DNA of 28,274 nt from Campylobacterota bacterium. Lineage in GTDB: Bacteria; Campylobacterota; Campylobacteria; Campylobacterales; Sulfurimonadaceae. The stretch lies in assembly GCA_034661055.1 (NCBI GenBank), contig JAYEKO010000092.1, positions 1 through 28,274 on the forward strand, given 5' to 3'. Both the position numbers and the translations under genes were made by a program. This document shows, one piece after another, positions 18,284 through 26,685 of the stretch (the first letter of the stretch is position 1; every line of letters begins with the position of its first letter). The notes beneath the pieces are model-generated. The model made no database searches, was not told the DNA's origin, and worked only from the letters and a program-made list of their open reading frames with translations.

Positions 18284-18295
18284 GTGTTTTAGTAG

Positions 18296-18523
18296 TTACC
18301 AGACATTAGGACACCCTTGCCCTACGCACTCCTGTTCTTTGGAGTGAAACATATCTTTGATTTCATCATAGTCAATAAAATTTTCGTCACACACTTTATG
18401 GTAAGCACCTTGGGAGTCATAGTACTCTTTACAGTCATTATAGTACTTCATTGAGAGACCACGTCTATTGGCACAACCAACAAGAAACACAAGCGTTGTT
18501 ATTAAAAGCAGTAATTTAATCAT
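18296..18523 (-). CDS. Small cysteine-rich lipoprotein
   Basis: Signal MIKLLLLITTLVF followed by lipobox LVGC. The start was moved to ATG 18523. Confidence 0.75.
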   Translation of the reverse strand: MIKLLLLITTLVFLVGCANRRGLSMKYYNDCKEYYDSQGAYHKVCDENFIDYDEIKDMFHSKEQECVGQGCPNVW

Positions 18524-18537
18524 GTTGGTATTGTAGC

Positions 18538-19185
18538 TCATCTGGCTTTAAAACTCTGTTTTGTTTTACAAAACTCCTGCAAAAAACATTCACTCTCGCA
18601 CTTTGGATTTTTAGCAGTACAGATATAGCGTCCAAAAAGAACAAGGCCTTGATGGAGTTGATGTAGGTCTGTTTTAAACTTTTTAACTAAAGTGGCTTCT
18701 GTCTTAAGAGCAGTCTCATCATCACTCAAACCTAGTCGATGAGATACACGAAAAACATGAGTATCTACTGCCATTAGGTTTGCTCCGGTATATTCAATCA
18801 TAACAACATTAGCAGTTTTTTGACCAACACCTGCTAATGTAATTAACTCTTTCTCATCCATAGGAATCTCACCATCATAGACCTCCATTACTCTGTGTGC
18901 CATGGCAATAATATTTTTTGCTTTGTTGTTAAAAAATGAGCAGGTGTTAATGAACTGTTTTACATCATCTAGTTTAGCAACTGCCAACTCTTTTGGAGAT
19001 GGATATTTTTCAAAAAGAGCTGGAGTGATGACATTTACACGTTTGTCAGTACACTGTGCTGAAAGTGCTACAGCAATGACAAGTTCATATGCATTCTTGT
19101 AAGTAAGCTCAGTTACGGCTTCGCTGTAGCGCTGAATAAATGCCTCTTTAATTAGGAGAGTCTCTTTTTTTGTTGCTTTTTTCAT
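18538..19185 (-). CDS. nth: Endonuclease III
   Basis: LSAQCTD.RVN, HhH motif LAGVGQKTANVV, AVDTHVFRV and a C-terminal Fe-S cysteine cluster. Confidence 0.96.
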   Translation of the reverse strand: MKKATKKETLLIKEAFIQRYSEAVTELTYKNAYELVIAVALSAQCTDKRVNVITPALFEKYPSPKELAVAKLDDVKQFINTCSFFNNKAKNIIAMAHRVMEVYDGEIPMDEKELITLAGVGQKTANVVMIEYTGANLMAVDTHVFRVSHRLGLSDDETALKTEATLVKKFKTDLHQLHQGLVLFGRYICTAKNPKCESECFLQEFCKTKQSFKAR

Positions 19186-19250
19186 AATAATAATTTATCT
19201 TTTTTCATAAAGAGTATGATACAATAAGTTTAGTTCCTTTGGAGTAATAA

Positions 19251-21173
19251 ATGAATTCACTTACACATATTAACAATTTATTTCCTAAGCATGCCTCCTT
19301 AATTGAGAGTCTTGCAGGCATGCATAAAGATATACTGATATTCTTAGATGAGAAAACTGAGCTTATTGGGAGTAATGAAGCACTTTCAAATGTTATTGAA
19401 TATGACTCAATCGAAGTACTTAAACAGAAATTTGAATATGATATTTTAATTAATAGCACTCAAACTGTAGATTGTTCAGAACCTAAGTGGATTGAGAAGT
19501 ATTTAAAGCATGAAAATCTCTCATTACGAATCCATAAGAGTCAGACCCAAACAGTTGAGTTTAAGCTTACAATTAACCGTGCTGTAATTGATGACACTGT
19601 TGTCTATATGCTGCTTTTAGAAGATGACTCTAATGTTGTTAAAGCGATTCGGGCACATCACTACTTTGAGACCTTTAAGCGAAAGTTCTTAACAAGTATT
19701 TCACATGAGTTTAGAACACCTATGAACGGAATCTTAGGTTTTGTGAAATTGCTCTCACATAGCTCTATGAATAATACACAAGCACATCAGCTTGAGATGG
19801 TTGAGCAGAGTGCTACTGAGATGATGCAAAAAATTGAGAATCTTCTAGAGATGATGCAGCTTGAAAGTGGTGCTATTACCCTAAAAGAGACGGTCTTTGA
19901 GCCACATGCTAGAATGGATGAGTTTTTCTTAAAATTTTATGAGCAAGCGCAACGTAAAAATATTACATTCTTGAGTGTAATAGATCCTCAAATTCCATAT
20001 TCAATGATAGGTGATTCAGGTAAAATTAAACGTGTCTTAGAGAGTCTTATAGCTAATGCTATTAAGTTTACGTCAGAGGGTGGGCAGGTACTTATAGAGA
20101 TTAAAGTAATCTCACAAAAAGATGGTTATGCTGAGTTGCAATACAATGTTTTGGACTCTGGTGCAGGAATTGCCAAGGAGAAGCTTGCTCATATCTTACG
20201 CCCATTTGCATCTGCACAAGAGAATCAAAAATTAGGAAAGCATGGTTTGGGAATTGGTTTGAGTGTGAGCCATAAATATTTAGCGATGATGAATTCAAAA
20301 CTATCTGTTGCCTCTTCTATTGGTAAAGGAAGTAAGTTCTTTTTTAATTTAAAACATAAAGTAAACGAGGTTTCACAGTTTACTAAGTTTGCTAATGCAA
20401 AGGCCGCGGTAGTGAGTTTTTCTGCTGCAGACTACCTTTATGCAAAATGTGTCACTAATTATTTAGAAGATTTTGGTGTCAATGTTACACAGACAAATCA
20501 AATTATAAAAGAAGAGTTACAAAATATAGATGCACTCTTTTTAATTACTGAAAACCTAATTGATGAACGAATTGCTTCAGTACGAAAGCTTTTAGGAGAT
20601 GAAGTCAAGATTGTCTCTATTTTGACTAAACCTAGAAAAGGTGTCTCTATTTCTAGTGTTAAAAATATTTTACAGACGTTGGAGTTTCCAATGTTACCAA
20701 GTAAAATTGAAGATGTATTAAATCATATATATTTTAATAAATCTGTACAGCGTATTAATCTTAAGAAAGATCAAGAATATGAAAAAACTGCAAAAATTCT
20801 ACTGGCAGAAGATAATCGAATTAACTTGGAATTGTTACAGACAATTCTCTCACTGCAAGACTATGAGGTGACAGCAGTAGAAAATGGTGAATTGGCAGTT
20901 GAAGCCTACATGAAAAGCTCATTTGACCTTTTCTTGACAGATATAGACATGCCGGTGATGGATGGAATTGTAGCGACGCGCCTTATTAGAGAGGTAGATA
21001 AGAAGCAGCACCGTAAAAGAATACCTGTTATTGCTCTGACTGCATACGCTCTTGAGGGTGACAGAGAGCGCATTATGAATGCGGGTCTTGATGCTCATAT
21101 ACCAAAGCCTGTAGATAAGGCGTACCTTTTAGAAGCAATTAAACACTTCTTAAAAAATAGTACAAAAGGCTAA
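19251..21173 (+). CDS. Soluble hybrid histidine kinase (HisKA-HATPase-REC)
   Basis: SHEFRTPMNGI (H box), ANAIKFT, DSGAGI, GLGIGL and a C-terminal receiver LAEDN...DIDMPVMDG...KP. No TM segment seen. Confidence 0.92.
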   Translation: MNSLTHINNLFPKHASLIESLAGMHKDILIFLDEKTELIGSNEALSNVIEYDSIEVLKQKFEYDILINSTQTVDCSEPKWIEKYLKHENLSLRIHKSQTQTVEFKLTINRAVIDDTVVYMLLLEDDSNVVKAIRAHHYFETFKRKFLTSISHEFRTPMNGILGFVKLLSHSSMNNTQAHQLEMVEQSATEMMQKIENLLEMMQLESGAITLKETVFEPHARMDEFFLKFYEQAQRKNITFLSVIDPQIPYSMIGDSGKIKRVLESLIANAIKFTSEGGQVLIEIKVISQKDGYAELQYNVLDSGAGIAKEKLAHILRPFASAQENQKLGKHGLGIGLSVSHKYLAMMNSKLSVASSIGKGSKFFFNLKHKVNEVSQFTKFANAKAAVVSFSAADYLYAKCVTNYLEDFGVNVTQTNQIIKEELQNIDALFLITENLIDERIASVRKLLGDEVKIVSILTKPRKGVSISSVKNILQTLEFPMLPSKIEDVLNHIYFNKSVQRINLKKDQEYEKTAKILLAEDNRINLELLQTILSLQDYEVTAVENGELAVEAYMKSSFDLFLTDIDMPVMDGIVATRLIREVDKKQHRKRIPVIALTAYALEGDRERIMNAGLDAHIPKPVDKAYLLEAIKHFLKNSTKG

Positions 21174-21182
21174 GGGTAGGGA

Positions 21183-23552
21183 ATGAAAAATAGTAAATTT
21201 TTAATTAATACACCGATTATATCGAAACGATTTTTATTTAGTGTACCAATAATATTTATTATTGTCGCAACTTTGAAAATAGCTTACTCTTATGATTTAA
21301 TGAAAGAGGCTGAACGAACTATTATTTTTGATGAATCAAAGGTCTTGAGTGATTTTATGATGACGCATCGGAGTTACTATCAAAACCTCTACATCAATAA
21401 AGATATAGTCCTCAATAAAAAAACACTTCCTGGTCTTCCTGCTTTTAGTGCTTATGATATATCTCGAGAATTTTCACATCGCAATATACAAAAAATTGTA
21501 CTTCAGACGGTTTCAGACCGTGCAAGAAACAGTAAAAATATGGCTGATAGAGTTGAAATGAAAGCTATTGATGCATTTCGTAATGATAAAACGCTAAATG
21601 AGTACTTTGAGTATATTGAAGATGTTGATCAAAATTATTATCAATATGCTATTCCTCTTCATATTAAAAAAACATGTTTAGAATGTCATGGCAGTAAAGA
21701 TAGTGCACCTCAATTTATTCAAGAAATATATGACATGGCTTATGATTATAAGCTTGGTGAAGTTCGAGGTATTTTAAGTGTTAAAGTACCTGAGGGCAAG
21801 TTAAGTAGTTTTTTTAATACCACTTTTTTACTTTTAGTCATTTATGATACTTTACTGCTAATAGGACTATTTATCTTTATGCAGCAACTTCTTAAAAAGT
21901 TTAGACACTATAACACAAAGCTAGAAGAGGTTGTTGATAAGCAAAATGAAGAACTTCATCAAAATCTAGTTGAGTTAGATGGCTATAAAATAGCCATTGA
22001 TAATAGTGCGTTGGTCTCAAAGACGGACTTAAAGGGTATTATTACTTATGTTAATGATAGCTTTTGTAAACATATGGGATATTCTCGTAAAGAGCTAGTG
22101 GGAAATAATCACAATATGATTAAATCAGCAGAAGTTGATAAATCATTTTTTGCAAAAATGTGGCAGAAAATAGAAAATAAAAAAGTGTGGAGAGGTATTA
22201 TTGTCAATATAAAAAAGGATAATGGAGCTGTTTATCATGACACCACTATTACTCCAATTTTTGATGATAATAATAATATAAAAGAGTATATCGCGGTACG
22301 TCACGATGTAACAGAAGTGATTCAGCAAAGAATTGAGATTAAAAATCTCTATTCAATAGACAGTCTAACACAAGTCCCTAATAGAAATAAATTATTAATA
22401 GATATGAAAGAGTTACAAGCATCCCAAGTGGTTCTATTTAATATTGATGGGTTTAAAAACATTAATGATTTTTATGGAATAGAAGCAGGCGATAAACTAC
22501 TCATTCAGCTTGCCAACTACATTAATGGCGAGATAGAGCATAATAACTTGTTTAAACTCTATAGACTTCATTCTGATGAATTTGCAGTTCTTGGCGATGG
22601 CACACTAGGTATAGATGAGTTTGTAGTTATTATGCATTCGTATCAAAAAAAGATTGAACAACATCTCTTTGATGTCTTATTGGAACAAGAGGTAAAGATT
22701 TCAGTAACTCTGGGGTTTGCCATGGGTAAAAATGCGTTAATTAAAGCTGATATGGCCTTAAAACTTGCACAAAGCTCTAAAAATGAGTACATTATTCATG
22801 ATGACTCTCTTCAACTTGAAAAGCATTATGAAGAAAATATTGAAAAAGCAAAACTTATTAAGTACTCCATTGAAAATAGGACGATAGTACCTTATTTTCA
22901 GCCAATATTGAACTTAAAAACGGAAAAAATCAGTAAATATGAAGCACTGGTCAGAATGATTGATGGAGACAATGTTATTGCCCCTGGAGGGTTTTTACAT
23001 ATTGCAAAACAGTCCCGTACCTACTTTAAAGTTACAGAAATTATGATAGAAGAGACACTCAAGCAGCTCAAGCTACATAACAGCACACTCTCCATTAATA
23101 TATCAATGGAAGATATTGCCAATAGAGATATGGTAGATTTTATTGTAGAGAAACTTAAGCAGTGTGAGGATGCAACACGAGTAGTTTTTGAAATACTAGA
23201 GAGTGAAAGTGTGCAAGACTATGAACTGGTAAGGCACTTCATTCATGAAATAAAAAGCTATGGCGTTAAAATTGCTATAGATGATTTTGGAAGCGGCTAC
23301 TCCAACTTTTTACATGTACTTGAACTAGAAGCTGACTTTTTAAAGATTGACGGCTCTCTTATTAAAAATATTGCAACCGATCGTCAGTCTCTAATCTTAG
23401 TTGAGGGTATTGTAGATTTTTCAAATAGATTAGGCATGAAAACAATTGCAGAGTTTGTTGAAAATGAGGAGATATTAGATATTTTAAAAGAGATTGGTGT
23501 TGACTTTGCGCAGGGTTATTTCATTGGAAAACCTTCTCCCTTAATTGTTTAG
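21183..23552 (+). CDS. Membrane c-di-GMP phosphodiesterase: periplasmic heme-c (DUF3365/Tll0287-like) sensor, PAS, degenerate GGDEF, EAL
   Basis: Two TM helices flank CLECH...YKLGEVRGILSV. PAS SKTDLKGIITYVND, GGDEF site reads HSDEF, and YEALVR, FEILE, DDFGSGYS, KIDG and AQG are intact. Confidence 0.9.
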   Translation: MKNSKFLINTPIISKRFLFSVPIIFIIVATLKIAYSYDLMKEAERTIIFDESKVLSDFMMTHRSYYQNLYINKDIVLNKKTLPGLPAFSAYDISREFSHRNIQKIVLQTVSDRARNSKNMADRVEMKAIDAFRNDKTLNEYFEYIEDVDQNYYQYAIPLHIKKTCLECHGSKDSAPQFIQEIYDMAYDYKLGEVRGILSVKVPEGKLSSFFNTTFLLLVIYDTLLLIGLFIFMQQLLKKFRHYNTKLEEVVDKQNEELHQNLVELDGYKIAIDNSALVSKTDLKGIITYVNDSFCKHMGYSRKELVGNNHNMIKSAEVDKSFFAKMWQKIENKKVWRGIIVNIKKDNGAVYHDTTITPIFDDNNNIKEYIAVRHDVTEVIQQRIEIKNLYSIDSLTQVPNRNKLLIDMKELQASQVVLFNIDGFKNINDFYGIEAGDKLLIQLANYINGEIEHNNLFKLYRLHSDEFAVLGDGTLGIDEFVVIMHSYQKKIEQHLFDVLLEQEVKISVTLGFAMGKNALIKADMALKLAQSSKNEYIIHDDSLQLEKHYEENIEKAKLIKYSIENRTIVPYFQPILNLKTEKISKYEALVRMIDGDNVIAPGGFLHIAKQSRTYFKVTEIMIEETLKQLKLHNSTLSINISMEDIANRDMVDFIVEKLKQCEDATRVVFEILESESVQDYELVRHFIHEIKSYGVKIAIDDFGSGYSNFLHVLELEADFLKIDGSLIKNIATDRQSLILVEGIVDFSNRLGMKTIAEFVENEEILDILKEIGVDFAQGYFIGKPSPLIV

Positions 23553-23610
23553 TATTGATTAGCTTTATTTAAATAATATTTCAGTAATTTATTAAAGATT
23601 AGGAAAAATT

Positions 23611-24450
23611 ATGAAACTAACTGTCAAACTAATTGGACTTTCAGTATTACTAGGATCGATGGCAGCTGCTGCGACACTTGCAACAGTAAATGGAAAAGAG
23701 ATCACTTCAGAAGAGGTAAACAAGGTTCTTTTAGAGGGAACTCAGGGACGTTTTATGTCACTACCTAAAGAGAAGCAAGATGAGCTTCAAGCCCGTGTTG
23801 TAGATGGTATTATTACACAAGAGCTTGTATTTGCAGACGCAAAGAAAAATGGTGTTTTAGAGACTGCAGAATACAAACTGGAGTTTGCTGCTATTACAGA
23901 ACGTATAGAGAAGCAACTCTCTGCAAAAGTTTGGGAGCAGCAAGAGCTTACAAAAGTAAATGTTACTGATAAAGAGAAAAAAGATTACTACAACAAAAAT
24001 GCTCAAGAATTTATAGAAAAAGAGAAGGTTCACGCACGTCACATTCTTGTAAAAGAAGAGAGTGAAGCAAAGTCAGTTGTCTCAGAACTAAAGTCACTTA
24101 AGGGTGAAAAACTTAAATCTAAGTTTATTGAGTTGGCACAGAAGAAGTCAACAGGTCCTAGTGCTCCTAAAGGTGGAGATCTTGGATATTTTCCTCAAGG
24201 ACAGATGGTGCCATCATTTAATGATGCAGTATTCTCTATGAAAAAAGGAACCATTACTACGACTCCTGTTAAGAGTCAATTTGGATACCATGTAATCTAT
24301 TTAGAAGACAAAAAAGCGGGTAAAAAACTTGGATATGCTGATGTTGAAAACTTCATTGACCAACGTCTTAAGATGGAAAAGTTTAAAGTAAAAATGGAAA
24401 AAAAGATGGCTGAACTTAAAAGTGCGGCAAAGATTACTTACGCTAAATAA
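23611..24450 (+). CDS. Periplasmic PpiC-type PPIase/chaperone (PEB4/Cbf2-like)
   Basis: Signal peptide, HARHILVK, GGDLGYF...MVP.F and SQFGYHVI motifs. Confidence 0.92.
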   Translation: MKLTVKLIGLSVLLGSMAAAATLATVNGKEITSEEVNKVLLEGTQGRFMSLPKEKQDELQARVVDGIITQELVFADAKKNGVLETAEYKLEFAAITERIEKQLSAKVWEQQELTKVNVTDKEKKDYYNKNAQEFIEKEKVHARHILVKEESEAKSVVSELKSLKGEKLKSKFIELAQKKSTGPSAPKGGDLGYFPQGQMVPSFNDAVFSMKKGTITTTPVKSQFGYHVIYLEDKKAGKKLGYADVENFIDQRLKMEKFKVKMEKKMAELKSAAKITYAK

Positions 24451-25332
24451 GTGATTTCTCTCCCCTCTGCCGTAGAAAAATTTACATTTTACGGTAGAGA
24501 CTTCTATGTTAAACGTGATGACCTTCTTGATTCTTATTTAAGCGGTAATAAATTTCGTAAACTCTACACACTCTACAACACCTCTTCATCAACATACAAA
24601 AAAGTTATCTCTTACGGCGGAACACAATCAAATGCGATGCTCTCTATTGCCTATCTATGTCATTTAAAAGGTTGGGAGTTTGAGTATTACTGCAGGCCAG
24701 TTGCATTACATGTAAAAAAGATGAATGAGGGTAATTTAGCGCAAGCCTTAAGGTTTGGAATGAGACTCCATGAAGTAGAACATGAGCATTTTGAACAAGA
24801 GGTTACAAAACTATTTTTTAATGTAGATTCAAACATATGCTTAATTGCTCAAGGTGGAGCAGATAAAATTGCTCATAAAGGAGTGAAAGTTTTAGCAGAT
24901 GAGATTACATTATGGAAAGATCAAAATAAGATTTCAAATTTACATGTAATTACTCCATCTGGTACAGGAACTACCGCTTTTTATTTGGCTAAAGAGCTTG
25001 AGTGTGACTGCTATACAACAGCTGTAGTTGGCTCTACAGAGTATTTAAATGAGGAGCTTAAGGCTCTAGGTCAGATGCCTAAAAATTTACATGTAATTGC
25101 TACAGAAAAAAAATACCATTTTGCAAAGCTCTACAGAGAGTTTTTAGCGCTCTATTTAGAGTTAAAAGAGTGCGGTATTGAGTTTGATCTTCTGTACGCT
25201 CCTAAAACATGGTTGGCACTTCTGGAAAATTTAGATGCAATTAATGGAGATATTTTATATGTTCATAGTGGTGGAGTCTATGGAAATGGTACAATGTTAG
25301 AGAGATATAGACATAAAGGGTGGCTTAGATGA
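24451..25332 (+). CDS. PLP-dependent ACC deaminase/D-cysteine desulfhydrase family protein
   Basis: VKRDDL, SGNKFRK (PLP lysine), GGTQSNAM, SGTGTT, FDLLYAPK and HSGG motifs. Confidence 0.85.
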   Translation: MISLPSAVEKFTFYGRDFYVKRDDLLDSYLSGNKFRKLYTLYNTSSSTYKKVISYGGTQSNAMLSIAYLCHLKGWEFEYYCRPVALHVKKMNEGNLAQALRFGMRLHEVEHEHFEQEVTKLFFNVDSNICLIAQGGADKIAHKGVKVLADEITLWKDQNKISNLHVITPSGTGTTAFYLAKELECDCYTTAVVGSTEYLNEELKALGQMPKNLHVIATEKKYHFAKLYREFLALYLELKECGIEFDLLYAPKTWLALLENLDAINGDILYVHSGGVYGNGTMLERYRHKGWLR

Positions 25333-25535
25333 GTCCTTCACAGAAAAAGAAGATTAATAGAGTGTTGCTACTGCAAGTTATCTCTCCTTTTATTTCCGGA
25401 TTTTTGACTGCAATGATTGTCTTTACGGAACCAGAAGGAATGATGCTCATTGGCCTAGCAGGAATGGTTGGGCTATGGATGATTAGCTCTATAGCAAGCT
25501 ATAAAGCAATCAAGGGTTTACTCTTTGGTAGATAG
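25329..25535 (+). CDS. Small two-TM hypothetical membrane protein
   Basis: ATGA overlap with the upstream gene, a basic N-terminus and two hydrophobic helices. Confidence 0.6.
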   Translation: MSPSQKKKINRVLLLQVISPFISGFLTAMIVFTEPEGMMLIGLAGMVGLWMISSIASYKAIKGLLFGR

Positions 25536-25539
25536 CTAC

Positions 25540-26613
25540 TTAGTTTTTGTTGATGGCATTTAAGTCTTCAAATGCACTCTCTACACGTGAAATAAGGCCC
25601 TCTTGACCTGCACGTAGCCATTTTCTTGGATCGTAATACTTTTTATTTGGCTTATCATCGCCTTCAGGATTTCCAATTTGTCCTTGAAGATAGCCCTCAT
25701 GTTTTTCATAGTACTCTTTAACGCCACTCCATGTTGCCCACTGTGTGTCAGTGTCAATATTCATCTTAACAACACCGTAGCCAATAGCTTCTCGAATCTC
25801 ATCTAGGCTTGACCCTGATCCACCATGGAATACAAAGTCAACCTCTTTCTCTTTAGTTGAATACTTTTTTGCAATATATTTTTGAGAGTTGTCTAAAATT
25901 GAGGGGGTCAGTGTTACATTTCCTGGCTTGTAAACTCCATGAACATTACCAAATGAAGCGGCAACAGTGAAACGCTTACTCACTTTAGATAGCTCCTCGT
26001 AAGCATAAGCTACCTCTTGGGGTTGGGTGTAGAGTAGGGCATTATCAATATCTGTATTGTCAACACCATCTTCTTCACCGCCAGTTACACCAAGTTCAAT
26101 TTCAATAGTCATTCCTAGTTGATCCATACGCTCCAAGTACGTTTTACATGTAGCGATGTTATCTTCAATGGGCTCTTCAGAGAGATCAAGCATATGAGAG
26201 CTAAATAGAGGGATGCCATAAGCTTCAAAGTGAGTTTCTGATGCATCAAGTAGTGCATCAATCCAAGGAAGAAGTTTTCGTGCAGCATGGTCTGTGTGTA
26301 AGATGACTGCTACACCATAAGCTTCTGCCATCATATGGACATGCTGTGCACCAGCAATTGCTCCGGTAATGGAAGCAAAATCATCTTCATTGCTTAATCC
26401 TTTGCCGGCAAAATAACTAGCACCACCGTGAGAGAATTGAATAATAACAGGAGAGTTTGCATTACGCGCAGCTTCTAGTACACCATTGATCGAGTCAGTG
26501 TTGACAACATTGATTGCTGGGAGAGCAAATACTCCCTCTTTAGCTGCCTTAAAAACCTTTTGAACATCGTCACCACTTAATACACCCGGTTTTACTAAAT
26601 CTAATACACCCAT
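25540..26613 (-). CDS. fbaA: Class II fructose-bisphosphate aldolase
   Basis: HTDHA, FSSHMLDLSE, EIELGVTGGEEDG, GNVHGVYKPG, FHGGSGS and KMNIDTD motifs. Confidence 0.97.
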   Translation of the reverse strand: MGVLDLVKPGVLSGDDVQKVFKAAKEGVFALPAINVVNTDSINGVLEAARNANSPVIIQFSHGGASYFAGKGLSNEDDFASITGAIAGAQHVHMMAEAYGVAVILHTDHAARKLLPWIDALLDASETHFEAYGIPLFSSHMLDLSEEPIEDNIATCKTYLERMDQLGMTIEIELGVTGGEEDGVDNTDIDNALLYTQPQEVAYAYEELSKVSKRFTVAASFGNVHGVYKPGNVTLTPSILDNSQKYIAKKYSTKEKEVDFVFHGGSGSSLDEIREAIGYGVVKMNIDTDTQWATWSGVKEYYEKHEGYLQGQIGNPEGDDKPNKKYYDPRKWLRAGQEGLISRVESAFEDLNAINKN

Positions 26614-26685
26614 GAAAAATCCTCTTTTTGATATGAGGATTATAACAATTTTTTGGTATGATAAACCTCAAATGAGGATAAAATT

